A stretch of DNA of 62,600 nt, filler included, from Sanchytrium tribonematis (taxonomy: Eukaryota), in assembly GCA_018985235.1 (NCBI GenBank). It is 21 parts of 21 records of this genome, joined end to end, with 100 filler letters (N's around TTAATTAATTAA, not from the genome) between each part and the next. Parts side by side here need not be neighbours in the genome. Positions count along the whole stretch, not along the records: positions 11,161 to 29,784 come from JADGIG010000110.1; positions 29,885 to 31,996 come from JADGIG010001118.1; positions 32,097 to 34,204 come from JADGIG010001119.1; 18 more parts are not named here. One strand, written 5' to 3'. The notes below the pieces were generated by a model. That model searched no databases, was not told the origin of the DNA, and saw only the letters and a list, made by a program, of their open reading frames with translations. How positions within the stretch are numbered: position 1 is the first letter of the stretch; each line of letters begins with the position of its first letter. Made by a program: the position numbers and the translations under genes. Shown here piece by piece: positions 22,432-34,304 of the stretch.

Positions 22432-22890
22432 ATGTCTAACCAAAACGCCGTCAGACTAATGTCTAAATCATATTTAAGTAGCAAGGTGGTGCCATTCGAA
22501 ATGAATTCGAAGGACTCAATTCAAAAAGAAATTGACCAGAAATCTTTCGACACTTTGATATTATTTTTCAAAAGGCGTAAAGTAGTAGAACAGAGTAAGG
22601 AATTGCAAAAAAGATTGCTCATTGAGACAGATCTCCTAAAGACGATAATATTGGCAAGATCGCCTTTTATAAATACATTTGACGTGCCAATTCTCTACCA
22701 AAGAAGCCAAATATTACATGATTTGATCTTAAAATATTCAGAGGCATTTTACAAGATTAGTGAACTTGATAGAGAGATCGATGACACTCGATTTGAACTG
22801 GAACTACTGGTTGAAGATTTAAGCTCTGTTATAGGCTCTGCTTATTATATGGAAAACAGTCTTGTAATATTAAAGGCTTTATCCGAATAA
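22432..22890 (+). CDS. Hypothetical helical protein
   Basis: ORF filling the gene-dense interval. Confidence 0.55.
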   Translation: MSNQNAVRLMSKSYLSSKVVPFEMNSKDSIQKEIDQKSFDTLILFFKRRKVVEQSKELQKRLLIETDLLKTIILARSPFINTFDVPILYQRSQILHDLILKYSEAFYKISELDREIDDTRFELELLVEDLSSVIGSAYYMENSLVILKALSE

Positions 22891-22920
22891 ATCTCTAACT
22901 TTTCCTCCCTGTCATTTTTT

Positions 22921-23844
22921 ATGTATTTAGAAATTTACTATTGCAAAAAATGCCATCAATTTATGGGCACTTCAATGGATTGTGAAGGTGCAATGTCAAA
23001 TTATCCCAATATATATTTATTAAATTCGTTAAATGCTAAACTGGAAAATGAACACACCATAGCCCACAACAATACTGTAGATTTAGGGCACCGTGTAATT
23101 TGTGTCTGCGAAACACTTTTGGGCTATTATTTTACTTCTACTTCAAGAAACACTCGTATGTTCCTGAAAAAATACATTGTAAATATTAACAAACTGGAAA
23201 TTTATAAAATTGACTTTGATATTGAGCGAGATGCCCTCGACAAAGTCGAAGAATCACTTGTTACTAAAGATATTATTACGAAGCCTCTGGAGACACCACC
23301 AACCGAAAGGAGCCACAAACATTCTCACCACGCCTCGTCTTTAAAACCAATATCAAATCAATCCAGTCCACCTATTGGTAGCGTACAGAGTTATTCACCA
23401 GCATTTGGTCCATTTGGTGGAAGACCTATGGGTGTCAATTCAAATAGTATTCATCCTACTCTTCCCGCTTCATCAGGCACAAATACAGTTAATTTCCCGG
23501 CGACTTTTCATCATCCTGTATACGGCAGAACAGTGATTAATAATAATAATCAGACAATTAATAGGCAACCGCAGCCTGGCGCTGCTTTAGCAGGTCAAGC
23601 AAATTATGCACATACTTATCAACAAATGCGTCCAGCAGCATATCAGATATACCATCATCATGTTAATCAATATTTTCAGCAAGTAAAGCAGCCCAAATTC
23701 GAGGGTATACGTCCTCATTTACAAATACGCCCTTATTCTAATAATATGCGCCCAAGGCCCATTTCTTCACAGTATCCGCAACAAGTATTTAATTATGGTT
23801 ATAATCCTAGCAGTTCTAACCCATATCGACCTCCAAATACGTAA
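22921..23844 (+). CDS. Yippee/Mis18-like Zn domain protein with Pro/Gln-rich tail
   Basis: YCKKC...CVCETLLGYY. Confidence 0.6.
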   Translation: MYLEIYYCKKCHQFMGTSMDCEGAMSNYPNIYLLNSLNAKLENEHTIAHNNTVDLGHRVICVCETLLGYYFTSTSRNTRMFLKKYIVNINKLEIYKIDFDIERDALDKVEESLVTKDIITKPLETPPTERSHKHSHHASSLKPISNQSSPPIGSVQSYSPAFGPFGGRPMGVNSNSIHPTLPASSGTNTVNFPATFHHPVYGRTVINNNNQTINRQPQPGAALAGQANYAHTYQQMRPAAYQIYHHHVNQYFQQVKQPKFEGIRPHLQIRPYSNNMRPRPISSQYPQQVFNYGYNPSSSNPYRPPNT

Positions 23845-23845
23845 T

Positions 23846-25808
23846 TTATTGACTCAACTTTAAAATAAAATTAATTAATACTGCACAAAATAGAGCTACA
23901 ACGATAACAATAGGTCCCAACTGGTCATCATATGGCCCTGGCTGCTTGTTTCTTATCATGGAAGCTCTCCATCTAAATAAATACAAGGCGTAACCCATAA
24001 CTCCTAAATTAAAAACAAATACCCATTGCCACTATAGTGAAAATGATACCACTAATTCTTCCTACAGCATCACCAAAATTTAAAAGCCCAACACTTAGGC
24101 CACCCAAAACTGTCACAAAATGCAACCAACTCAAAAATGTTCTTTCATTCGCAAAAAAGACTTTAGGTTCCACTCGAACAGGAACCGCGATTCGCTTATT
24201 TTGATTGTGTGTCGATGGAAATGCTTCCCGTGGTAATAGTGGTTCAACTTCACTTGGTTTGTGAAATAACCTCCTGATTCTTTGCTGCCAAGTTGGCTGG
24301 GGCCTTATTTCGATATCACTTTCATCATCCTCACTCTCATCACTTGGCATTTCTACAGCCGAATGATCTTTTTGTTTTGGAGGTTGAATAGTTTGCAATG
24401 ATTCTCTGTGATATAAAGGTTGTAATTGCATGGGTGGCTTCAAAATATCCTTGTCCATTTGCGGTAACCAAAATGGAAGTAGGTTGACATGCTTCTCAAG
24501 TAAGGTTGCGCAACCATGAATAAATTTGCTAAATTTTGGAACAGCTTCTACCAAGTGTGAATTAATTAGCTGATTGACCCATTCTGGAACATCATGTCCG
24601 ACAGATGTTTGTAATTTTACTTCTAAAACGGCATATTGGAAAAGTTGCACATCAGTCTCAATTTGAGTGAATGGATGATCTATTCCGATATCCATGCGTC
24701 TCCAATTACCACCAGTTCTATCAGCGTTGTCAAAATTATCTTCTCTAACCATAGTAAGCTCAGTATCTAGGCTAATTCTAACATTTGCATCATTCGGTAG
24801 CTGAAATGCGGTCCTATTATAAAATGTGCGCATTACAGGTCTAAGTTGCTTTTCTTTCACAGTCTTCTGAACTTCGTCTGCTAAAATCTTCATCTTGTCA
24901 AGCTCGTCATTGCTTTTCATGCCTCTTTCCTTCATTTTCTCTAATTGAAGATCGTAATTGTAAGTACCATTCAAATAATCATTAACATACTTTTCCTTTA
25001 TAGGAAATCGCTCTTTCACACTAGTCTCTCCAGTCCAATCTTCCTTGTGTGTTTTTCTCTCAACAAATACTTCTTGTTGCGACATGTCGCCATACCAACG
25101 AAGACGGACAGCTTGGGCATTCTCATTCTTCTCAATCCTTCCTTTGTACAACTCCATATCTTTATTATCAAAGTATATGCTGGTAATGGCTGGATTATGC
25201 GCGTCTCTATCAAAAATTAGCACAGGCAAATGTTGCAAAATTCGCAACTTCACTTCCATTACATTTTCTGGATGCACCCAATATTTTGTAGTGCTTCTTA
25301 TAAATTGAATATTTTTTGATTGTTGTTTGTTAAGATCTTCTGGCTTATAATTTAACTTCGCATATAGTTCACTCAATTGATAAATTAATTTGTCGTAATT
25401 CTGTAAGTGGAAGGGCTGTGATTTCAATTTAATCATATACATTTGCTTTAAAACGTATTTGGTATGTTTGTCATGCTTTTTTAGTATTTTCATCAAAGCT
25501 GTGTAGTTGAGACGAGTGAATTGCGCTAGTAAATGAACTTCGTGACTCAATTTGTTCAACTTTTTAACGTCAGATGTAATTTGGGTATTACCGATGTCTT
25601 CTATTACCCTTTTATAGTGGCCTTCTTGAAATTCCACCATTTTTTGCAACTCAGAATCGAGTGTGTTGATAAAATCAGCCTCGTCTGATTCTGAGATTGG
25701 CAAATGCAGCGTCATTTTCTTGATTTTGTTTTTAAGCATATCATAATGTATATAATATTCTTTCCATGGCTCATGCAGGGAATCACCTAAATGAATTCCA
25801 AATTTCAT
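23846..25808 (-). CDS. VTC4: Vacuolar transporter chaperone / polyphosphate polymerase; 19-nt intron at 24004-24022
   Basis: SPX domain (MKFG), [17 protein letters not shown]; spliced end [10 protein letters not shown]...GPYDD.LGP. Confidence 0.97.
24004..24022 (-). other. 19-nt intron GTATTTGTTTTTAATTTAG
   Basis: Restores the conserved VTC TM C-terminus. Confidence 0.93.
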
Positions 25809-25850
25809 GGTTAAACGTTTCACCCTATTGTCTTGTATTGGATAAAAAAT

Positions 25851-26984
25851 TTATTCTGTAAATATATTTAAATGAACCTTTGAGCACGGTTTTCCAACAA
25901 GCTCATGGTATACTCTATCAATATAGAGTTGGCATGCTAGTCTATTTGAGAATGTCAGATTGCTTTCGTCAATTGTAATTGACATTGATCTCTTTTTCAA
26001 TGAGTCTACAAATGCATTATTATCTTTTTCTATCCAAAAACTGTAGAAGCTAAGCTGCAGAAGCTGGGATATAAGATCAGGATAGTATAATTGGGACCTA
26101 TTTTGGTGAACATCAAGCATTAACGCAAGTTCTTTCAAAGTCCTAGTTGCCGCATAATTAGGAATTTTGATCAATTTCATACTCAAGATTTTTGGAGACG
26201 GTGAGATTGTATGTGATGTTCTCAATTTTTTTTGGACTTTTAAATTATACATTGCTATATTAAAATGGAACGCAATATCATTACTATTACTTGTAGCTAG
26301 TAAGGACTCTGAAATCTTTGCAGCTAACTTGTAAGATGCCAATGTATCTTCCAGACAGTAGTGTGCAAGTCTTAGACCATTTTCTTTATCTTTAAACTCG
26401 CTTATTCCTTTTTCGACAAAAAAATCTCGCAGAGATTTATCTAAAGAGAATCCCAACAAATTCTTGGCAATATTGGCTAAATTGTGCTTTTTTAAATTTG
26501 GGAACATAAATTTGGCTATATGATAAGTACAAATTCCGATTGAGTTGGATTTTTTTGAAGCAATCTTTGTCGCATCAAAGTGAAGATTATGCGCCATGAA
26601 TATGCTATTGTTAAAAGGTATCAAATTTTTAGTGGTGCCTTCACTGTACAACCAAGGCGCAAACCATATATAGTATCCGTTTCTCCCAACCGCAGTTGCC
26701 ATGCAAGAATTTGCTGAAACTCTTACCAGATTTTCAGTATCAAAAATAATCAGATCATCTTTTGGATATCTGATTTCTGAGATGATGTTTTTTTGAAAAT
26801 GGAACCAGCCACCCTTTTTCTTCATTTGGACAATGTCTTCACTGCTAAACTTTGGGATGGATGTTAAAGGAAATAGATTCAAAACTGCATCCTTCTGCGT
26901 TACGGGAATGACCTTAGATATTAATTTTATTATATCGAGTTTTGATGGGTCCATGGGAAACTTCAAATTAAGCATTGTCGACAT
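25851..26984 (-). CDS. Stand-alone DNA polymerase gamma-type 3'-5' exonuclease domain
   Basis: IFDTE (ExoI), MATAV...YIW.APWL, LIP, AHNLHFD (ExoII), LDK..RDFF, YCLED (ExoIII); no polymerase domain. Confidence 0.8.
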   Translation of the reverse strand: MSTMLNLKFPMDPSKLDIIKLISKVIPVTQKDAVLNLFPLTSIPKFSSEDIVQMKKKGGWFHFQKNIISEIRYPKDDLIIFDTENLVRVSANSCMATAVGRNGYYIWFAPWLYSEGTTKNLIPFNNSIFMAHNLHFDATKIASKKSNSIGICTYHIAKFMFPNLKKHNLANIAKNLLGFSLDKSLRDFFVEKGISEFKDKENGLRLAHYCLEDTLASYKLAAKISESLLATSNSNDIAFHFNIAMYNLKVQKKLRTSHTISPSPKILSMKLIKIPNYAATRTLKELALMLDVHQNRSQLYYPDLISQLLQLSFYSFWIEKDNNAFVDSLKKRSMSITIDESNLTFSNRLACQLYIDRVYHELVGKPCSKVHLNIFTE

Positions 26985-27454
26985 GTTTCAGGGATATGGT
27001 ACTGTATATCTTTAACAAGATGGAATTGTATAATTATCTTAAACTGTTGTTTTAAGAGCGTTTACTGTCAAAGGCCCGATTATGAATTTAAAATCAGGTG
27101 AAAACACAATTAGGAAATTTAATTATCTCACCTACTTGACTGCTATAGATATAAGCTAACATAGTAATTTGTAGGTTGAAAGAGTGGAAAAGTGGAAGAG
27201 AATTAATTGATTTAACTTTTGGATAAATTTCGGCTCACCCAATATGATTGGATGATTCCTATAATCCTTAATCTGACTCATCACTGACCACTTGACCAAA
27301 GAGAAAAATGATGGCGGACGAGATGTTCCTTCGTTCGATATAAGGGGATGAATGATTGTACAACAGTATATTCGCCACGTGTTATTACCCAATCATTAGA
27401 TTGCCAAATTGGTCGAAAGAAGGACACCGTGACAGGGAGTTATCCTTTCGACAC

Positions 27455-28363
27455 ATGAATTCGAACTTAATGCATTCCAATAATCCGTCTTTAAATTCAA
27501 TGCCTTCAATCACTCAAAGCATAGGCAGCGCTGTCTCTTTAGAAGAATTAAAAGTCAGTGATGTCAAAACTCACCTTATTAACTGCAAAAAGTTCCTATC
27601 GGATTACAAACAATTATGCCAGCAATCCAAACAGTTTACTCAAAATGCTAATATTTTTATGTCTTCTTTTCAAGATGTTATTAACGATCTGCCTGTTTAT
27701 GAATACAGCAACAGTTTCGATCAAGTCAAAGAATGTTTTCAACATATGATCAAAGCTCAGGAGCGATTCACACAAGTTATGGCGTGTTTATATGTTCCTT
27801 TGAGACAAGAATATCAAACCCATACTGCTAAAATTAAGCAAACCGATGCTCATTATAAGGATCTCAAAGAAAAAATGAGTAAAAAAGTCACAAAGTCACA
27901 AAAGAAATTGCAAGGAAAAACTGGAAATGTTGACGAATATGCCAAAGTCTTAAACGAGCTAAAGGACAATGCTGCCACATTAGAATCTGTTCAACAACAA
28001 CATGCCCAACGCATAATCGATAGTACTTTGGAGCAAACTTCTAATTTCCTTGATGTTTTTGTTGTGTTTTTACACCTTCATCGGACAGTTTGTATCCCCT
28101 CTTTGACAGATAACGTGGAGCATCATTTAGAACAACTAAATGCAATGGGAATAGCTCCAAATCACCAATTGCTTGAAAGAGTCATGGATCAGACTAAGTT
28201 CTCACCGAAAGGAAAGCAGTTAATAACGGAATCTATTCAATCTGCGAGAGCTCAAGAAAATCTTGTCAAGAGACATTCTTCTACCTTAAGAAGAACTAAC
28301 CCTAATCTGAATGCTGTATTGCGGCATGCAGAAAGGGTGAGAAGTAAAGATAACTTTGATTAG
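27455..28363 (+). CDS. BAR/IMD-like coiled-coil protein
   Basis: Long amphipathic helices; start uncertain. Confidence 0.6.
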   Translation: MNSNLMHSNNPSLNSMPSITQSIGSAVSLEELKVSDVKTHLINCKKFLSDYKQLCQQSKQFTQNANIFMSSFQDVINDLPVYEYSNSFDQVKECFQHMIKAQERFTQVMACLYVPLRQEYQTHTAKIKQTDAHYKDLKEKMSKKVTKSQKKLQGKTGNVDEYAKVLNELKDNAATLESVQQQHAQRIIDSTLEQTSNFLDVFVVFLHLHRTVCIPSLTDNVEHHLEQLNAMGIAPNHQLLERVMDQTKFSPKGKQLITESIQSARAQENLVKRHSSTLRRTNPNLNAVLRHAERVRSKDNFD

Positions 28364-28558
28364 CATATTCAATTTGATAGAATTTTTGTCTAATTCGCTC
28401 GTACTATTGCAAATTTTAGACATTTTGCTGATTGTATAGAAAGGTGAGTCTTTTTTGCCATGGTTTTTGGTATTTGGAAACTGAGATTTAATAAAATTTG
28501 TGGGAAATAATGTTTTGAATTTTTTCAATTCGAGTTGCCAAATTTGTTTTTTCCTGAC

Positions 28559-28831
28559 TTATTTGGGTTTTGGCTTTATGTTTTTCACTAAAGAATTTTT
28601 TTTTGAATGTTTTTTCTTAGCGATAGTGGCCGCTCTTTTAGTCTTAATTTCGATTTTAGCGACATTTTCATAAGCAGCTTGTTGGGCATAATCTAGGCTT
28701 TTCCATTCAAATTTTGCTAGTAATTTGGAACTTTCCGTATTACCTAATTTAAAATTTAACAAATATTCTTTGTAAAATCTTGTAAATCCAACAGAGTTTC
28801 GATTTCTTAGTATTGAAGGAAAAAAATTCAT
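28559..28831 (-). CDS. Single HMG-box protein
   Basis: GF..F.KE...SKLLA..EWKSL...Q.AY. Confidence 0.7.
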   Translation of the reverse strand: MNFFPSILRNRNSVGFTRFYKEYLLNFKLGNTESSKLLAKFEWKSLDYAQQAAYENVAKIEIKTKRAATIAKKKHSKKNSLVKNIKPKPK

Positions 28832-28912
28832 TAATTAGTTTTTAAGGAGAAAAAACCAAAAACCCGATAAAAATTACAAGATAGTAAATGTTATTGCGAT
28901 GCATGATGCCGT

Positions 28913-29392
28913 TTATTCGCTTTTTCCTTTTCCGGAATCTGGTGATTTTTTCCACGCCTTGGCCAGTTTCTTCATAGTTTCTTGTGGATTCCCCTCAACC
29001 TTGTATTTACTGTAATGTTCCTTGCACCAGATATTATACGGTGTGAGTTTCTTGGTACCAGTCTTGATCTTGCCATATTTAGATTTCTCCTCTAAGTTGA
29101 GATCTTTCCAAGCGTTTCTGACATTGGAAAGATCTAATGGAGTCTCTCCTGGATATTTTTTCGCGTTGGTAGATACAAATGCGCCATATGCGGATTTTTT
29201 GTTTTTTTTCTTAGGTTCGACTTTTTTCGCAGCTTCTACATATTTGTTCTTGGCGGATTCTGACAATGATTTCCATTCGGATCCAAGTTTTGAAGATACT
29301 TCCGATAGATCCTTTGAAGACATGCTGGCCATTTTTTCTTTTAGAAAGATATGATAACCAGAAACTTTTAATAACGGACGAGTAAAAAGCAT
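28913..29392 (-). CDS. Multi-HMG-box protein (Abf2/TFAM-like, probably mitochondrial)
   Basis: Presequence-like N-terminus; three HMG-like units (SGYHIF..WKSL, SAYGAF..WKDL, TPYNIW..WKK). Confidence 0.8.
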   Translation of the reverse strand: MLFTRPLLKVSGYHIFLKEKMASMSSKDLSEVSSKLGSEWKSLSESAKNKYVEAAKKVEPKKKNKKSAYGAFVSTNAKKYPGETPLDLSNVRNAWKDLNLEEKSKYGKIKTGTKKLTPYNIWCKEHYSKYKVEGNPQETMKKLAKAWKKSPDSGKGKSE

Positions 29393-29514
29393 CTCCCTTG
29401 TTTGAAATATTACCTAGGTTTATAACAATTGCTTGCCTTACTATTACATTTAAACTAATATGTTTCAATCCGATCCATTTTTAATAGGTTCTCTTCAAAT
29501 TTGCAACCGAATAC

Positions 29515-29784
29515 ATGAAATTAAAATCGAGTTTCGTCACAAACAATTCGATTCAGAAATCTCATTTCTATGATAAGGCTAAAATGAAATCAAAATCATT
29601 TATAGAGTTATTCAAATCAAAATTAAGCTTGAGCCAGAAAAGAAAGCAAGTCAGATTTGAGAAGGAAATATCTTCAAATTTATTTGATACTTCTCTTGAA
29701 CTTACAATATATCTAATTGGGAAAAAATTAAATTATAAAAGGAGGCAATTTAAAAGCCCAGTCAAGAGAATCATTCATGAAGAT
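29515..29784 (+). CDS. Hypothetical protein, truncated
   Basis: ORF running to the contig end. Confidence 0.35.
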
Positions 29785-29891
29785 NNNNNNNNNNNNNNNN
29801 NNNNNNNNNNNNNNNNNNNNNNNNNNNNTTAATTAATTAANNNNNNNNNNNNNNNNNNNNNNNNNNNNNNNNNNNNNNNNNNNNACGACAA

Positions 29892-31996
29892 ATGGAAAAC
29901 AATCAGAGCATTGTGGACCATGAAACAAGAATTAGGGCATTAAAAAGTCAAGCAGATGAATATATTAGATTTGGTGTGAGTAGAGACTTGGCACAGGTCT
30001 TAGTTGGAAAGGAATTAAATAAAGACAATTATTTTATGGTGGAGAATCAGGGCTCCAACTCAAAACCTGTTCAAAACATCTCTCAGGACAGAGTGGGAGA
30101 TGTCAAGAATCAAATTCGCACTTTGGAAGAGCAGTTGAAGTCAGAAATGAAAATTAATAAATCAGAGAAGCTAAAAGTGCAGGAACAATTGGGTCTAAAG
30201 ACTAGACCCAACTATGATGACTTGATGGATATTGATTCTGTAGAAGGTGACCCTAATGTTGCTGTTAAATCTCCGGAAACATCAGCATTTGAGATTTTAA
30301 TTAGACAAAATAACCTCAAAGATGTCTTTGACCGTATTAATGGCAAGATTTTCTTTAATCCTGACTCAAATGTTTATCATCACCGTGAAATTGATGTGTT
30401 TTTATCTGATTTTGAACAAATGGTTACTAGATACAATGTACATTATAATGATTGGTCAAACTTGCTGAATTCATTGATGTCAGACAAAATTTCACAGGTC
30501 TATGCTGGAGAGAGATATGCATCTTATTCAAAGCTGGTACATGCACTGATTGTTGCATTTAGACCTAGAAATAAATTACAGAGAGTGACCGAGACTCTGA
30601 TGACCATTAGCCAGAAAATTGATGAAGATGCGCGAGAATATTGTATGAGAATCAAATTAGCCAGGAAAAAACTGGAATTTATTCTTAAACATCCACTTGC
30701 CAGTGACACGGAATCGGCGCTTCAACAGGCCCGTTTTGCGGTCACTGAAGAAAATCTTAATTATCGTGTGCTCAACTGCTAGAGCCTACTTCGAGCGATC
30801 TAGTAGATTTAACGAGAAACCCAAAGATGTTTTAATTAATGGCAAGGATGAGCAAGTGTCTGTTAATTTAAATCACCCCAATCAGGAGAGTGCAAAAACC
30901 AGTAAATTGACTAAAGAAGAAATGTCGTTGTGCCGACAAAATAACTTGTGTTTTCATTGCAAACAAAGAGGACATCGTGTTGTTGACTGCCCCGAACTGC
31001 CTAGAAAGAATAATGGCAATCAACTGCTTCAAAAGAATGAAAACAGCACTGTTTCTCTGTTATTTGGCGATATGAGATGTGTTAAATCAGTGCTCAAAGT
31101 AGAGGGGGATGACACCAAGAGAAGTAAAGAGATTGTTATAAATGGGAGAGTAGAGGAACGAGAATCGCAATTATTTGTCGATCCGGGCAGTCAAATTAAT
31201 GTTGTGACAAATGCATGGTTGGTTGCCAACACTCCTGGATTGATTGTTCTTTTATCCCCGTACTCAAATATTCGAGGAGTTAATGGATCCACAGAACCTG
31301 TGTTGGGTCGTGTTAATCTTCATGTACGTGTCAATGACTTGTCAAATGCTATTTTGCCTTTTGAAATCATTCGAGAATGTACCAGCCCAATTTTATTAGG
31401 ATATGAAGCATTGGTACCGTTACAAATTGTTATAAACGGTAAAACAAGAGTAGTTGAAGTAGGAGATCAATCCATTCCAATGGATGTTCCTGCAGTTTGC
31501 ATGGTTGGTGTTGAGCATGGAAAGCGTGTTGTTGACGCATCTTTGGAAATGAAGGCACCAGCTAATCAGATCAATAAATTGAAGTATAATTATTTTGACC
31601 AGTAGTCAAAATCCATGATACAACACCATGAATCCGATTCAGAAGAAGAATTGCCCGTGCACCCACAGTGTGAAATGGAAATCATCGAAGCGGATGAGCA
31701 GGAATATGTTAAAGAGACATTTGACAAGCTAGAGGAGAATCTGTTGCCTGGGGAGAAGGAAATTGTCCATTATGATGATTTTGAAGAAAAATTGGATTTC
31801 GATGAAATTTGGAATCAATTGAAAGTCTCTCCATCTTTAAATCATAAGCAAAGGAAGAAATTAAAACGACTGGTAAGGAAATACATCAAGATATTCAGTG
31901 GTAAGATTAGTGCCAGTATTGAACCCGTTAAAATTTATTTGAGGGAACATATCCCATATAAAGCCAAAAGAAGATTTAGAAGTAAAGCAGAACAAG
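29892..31996 (+). mobile_element. Ty3/gypsy LTR retrotransposon gag-protease-(RT start), disrupted
   Basis: Gag capsid motif (ISQKIDEDAREY), knuckle CFHCKQRGHRVVDC, protease LFVDPGS and ILLGYE; frame change near 30780 and TAG at 31603. Confidence 0.88.
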
Positions 31997-32513
31997 NNNN
32001 NNNNNNNNNNNNNNNNNNNNNNNNNNNNNNNNNNNNNNNNTTAATTAATTAANNNNNNNNNNNNNNNNNNNNNNNNNNNNNNNNNNNNNNNNNNNNAATG
32101 TAGTATATTTTCTACTCTCCAATTCTTTTCTAGAGATTTTCTGCAAATCTCAATTTTCTGTATATCGGAAAATCTGAGATGCTGATAGGTTCCAAAACTG
32201 AAAAATTACTTTTCTATTTGGGCTTATCCTATTCACCTATTGTGTGATTCCTTGGTTGTGGATTATGTAAAGCGTTTTTCTCTTTCTATAATTTGAACCA
32301 AAAAAATGAGATATCAAAATTTTCATGTAAATTTATAAAAATTTTAGCATTCTTTTTGTCATTTTATAATTAAATAGCCCATTGATTGAAGATCACGTCA
32401 ATTCGTAGTTTTTTAAAATAAAGAAATAATGTCCTTTAGATTCGATGCTAGTGGTATCATTTTGAAAGGGACCGAATTTTACCCGATCTAAAACACCATA
32501 AAAATATTCTCTA

Positions 32514-34049
32514 ATGACACTATTAAGCATATGCATAAACCAGAATAACCTTAAAGTACTATCCTTACACATTGGACACCTACTTGGATGTGACAGACCT
32601 GATACCCGCGAAAGTAAATTCTTTAGGGCAATATCAATTAATGATGTCACAACTGTCAAAAATTTAGTCGATTCAGGTTGTAAGATAAATAAGGGGATAT
32701 TACACTATGCTTCTTGGAAGAATTATCAAAAGATTGTTCAGCTATTAATCGATAACGGCATTGATTTGAATGAACAAATTGAAGACGGAAGCACTCCTTT
32801 ACATCAAGCATCTCAAGAATTAGCGTATGAATCTGTGCGGTTACTACTCGAGAATGGTGCGGATGCCAATTTGAAAGACATACATGGAAACATTGCACTT
32901 CATAAAGCATGCATGCAGATGCAAAATCCTAGGCACTCTCCTGACCATTTAATACAGCTATTCAGGTTAGTTTTAGAAAAGACAAATAACATTAACTCAA
33001 AAAACAAGGATTTACAATCTCCACTGCACTTTGCTATGGTTAACGATTTTGAAAGTGGAATTGAGATGATTACGGCGTTGTATGATAATGGCGCCGATAT
33101 AAATACACAAGATTGTGATGGTTTTACTCCTTGTCATTATGCTATTCAACGAAAAGACTTGAGATACGTTAAATTCTTCTTTGAGCACGGATTTGATTCC
33201 ACTTTACTGACTCACAAGAGACTTTCAGTTTTACATTTAGCGCTCGATGCTGATGATTTGCCAACTATACAATATCTTCTACAGGCTAAAATTAATCTTG
33301 GACTGATATGGTATTACGACTCATATCTGCATTATTACATCAAAATTAGAAAGGATGTACCAATAGGAAACATGGAACCTGACGAGATTGATTATTGTGA
33401 TGACGGAACAGACGAAGATTTTGGACTAGAATTTTCATATCATGACATTGATGGCGAGGTTGTTGCTCACTTGGTGGATTTTGGTGTCGCCATTGATTTT
33501 GTAGATGATAGAGGCATGACTGCCCTACATTATGCAGCCAAACGTGGGCACGTGGATGCTGTGGATGTTTTGCTAAGTAGAGGTGCCTCGTTCAACATTC
33601 AAGATAATTGGGGAATGACGCCTCTGATGTGGGCTTTGAAAAGATCAGCTAAACCAGAAATAATAGATGCTCTTCTGGAATATGAGCCAAATCAGAAAGT
33701 CTGTAACATTCTTCGTGTTAAATTCGGTGACTGTGCTGGAGCGATTGCGAGGTACATGTCTACATTACATTATTATACTAAGAAGGGATTATCGGTTCTC
33801 CAATTGGCTTCTCAGATACACAGGTTCAAAATCGATTCCTTACTGGAATGCCAAAAAGTTTGTTTTTTGACCACTCGAGTCAAAGGGGATTCATTGAAGT
33901 CTTTCCGACCACTAAATAGAGCAAAGTGTCTTATACCAAATAGGCGGATTGTCAAGTGCTTGCGTGTTTCTCAATTACCACTCATCAAGTCTCCAAACAT
34001 GGAAGTCAGTTCAAATGAGCTAAATTATGTTTCTAACTTGTTTGCATAG
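32514..34049 (+). CDS. Ankyrin-repeat protein
   Basis: Multiple G.TPLH.A...LL..GAD.N repeats. Confidence 0.92.
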   Translation: MTLLSICINQNNLKVLSLHIGHLLGCDRPDTRESKFFRAISINDVTTVKNLVDSGCKINKGILHYASWKNYQKIVQLLIDNGIDLNEQIEDGSTPLHQASQELAYESVRLLLENGADANLKDIHGNIALHKACMQMQNPRHSPDHLIQLFRLVLEKTNNINSKNKDLQSPLHFAMVNDFESGIEMITALYDNGADINTQDCDGFTPCHYAIQRKDLRYVKFFFEHGFDSTLLTHKRLSVLHLALDADDLPTIQYLLQAKINLGLIWYYDSYLHYYIKIRKDVPIGNMEPDEIDYCDDGTDEDFGLEFSYHDIDGEVVAHLVDFGVAIDFVDDRGMTALHYAAKRGHVDAVDVLLSRGASFNIQDNWGMTPLMWALKRSAKPEIIDALLEYEPNQKVCNILRVKFGDCAGAIARYMSTLHYYTKKGLSVLQLASQIHRFKIDSLLECQKVCFLTTRVKGDSLKSFRPLNRAKCLIPNRRIVKCLRVSQLPLIKSPNMEVSSNELNYVSNLFA

Positions 34050-34304
34050 CTCAAATAAATGCAAAATATTATACTTTATATATTTGAAACTATGCTTTCA
34101 TTTAAATGGCTTAAAGATCGCCATCGCCCACTAGTTGAAAAATATCATGAAATGATAGATGCAAAAGTAAATCAAAGGGAACACAACCCATATCTTGTAT
34201 CTGANNNNNNNNNNNNNNNNNNNNNNNNNNNNNNNNNNNNNNNNNNNNTTAATTAATTAANNNNNNNNNNNNNNNNNNNNNNNNNNNNNNNNNNNNNNNN
34301 NNNN

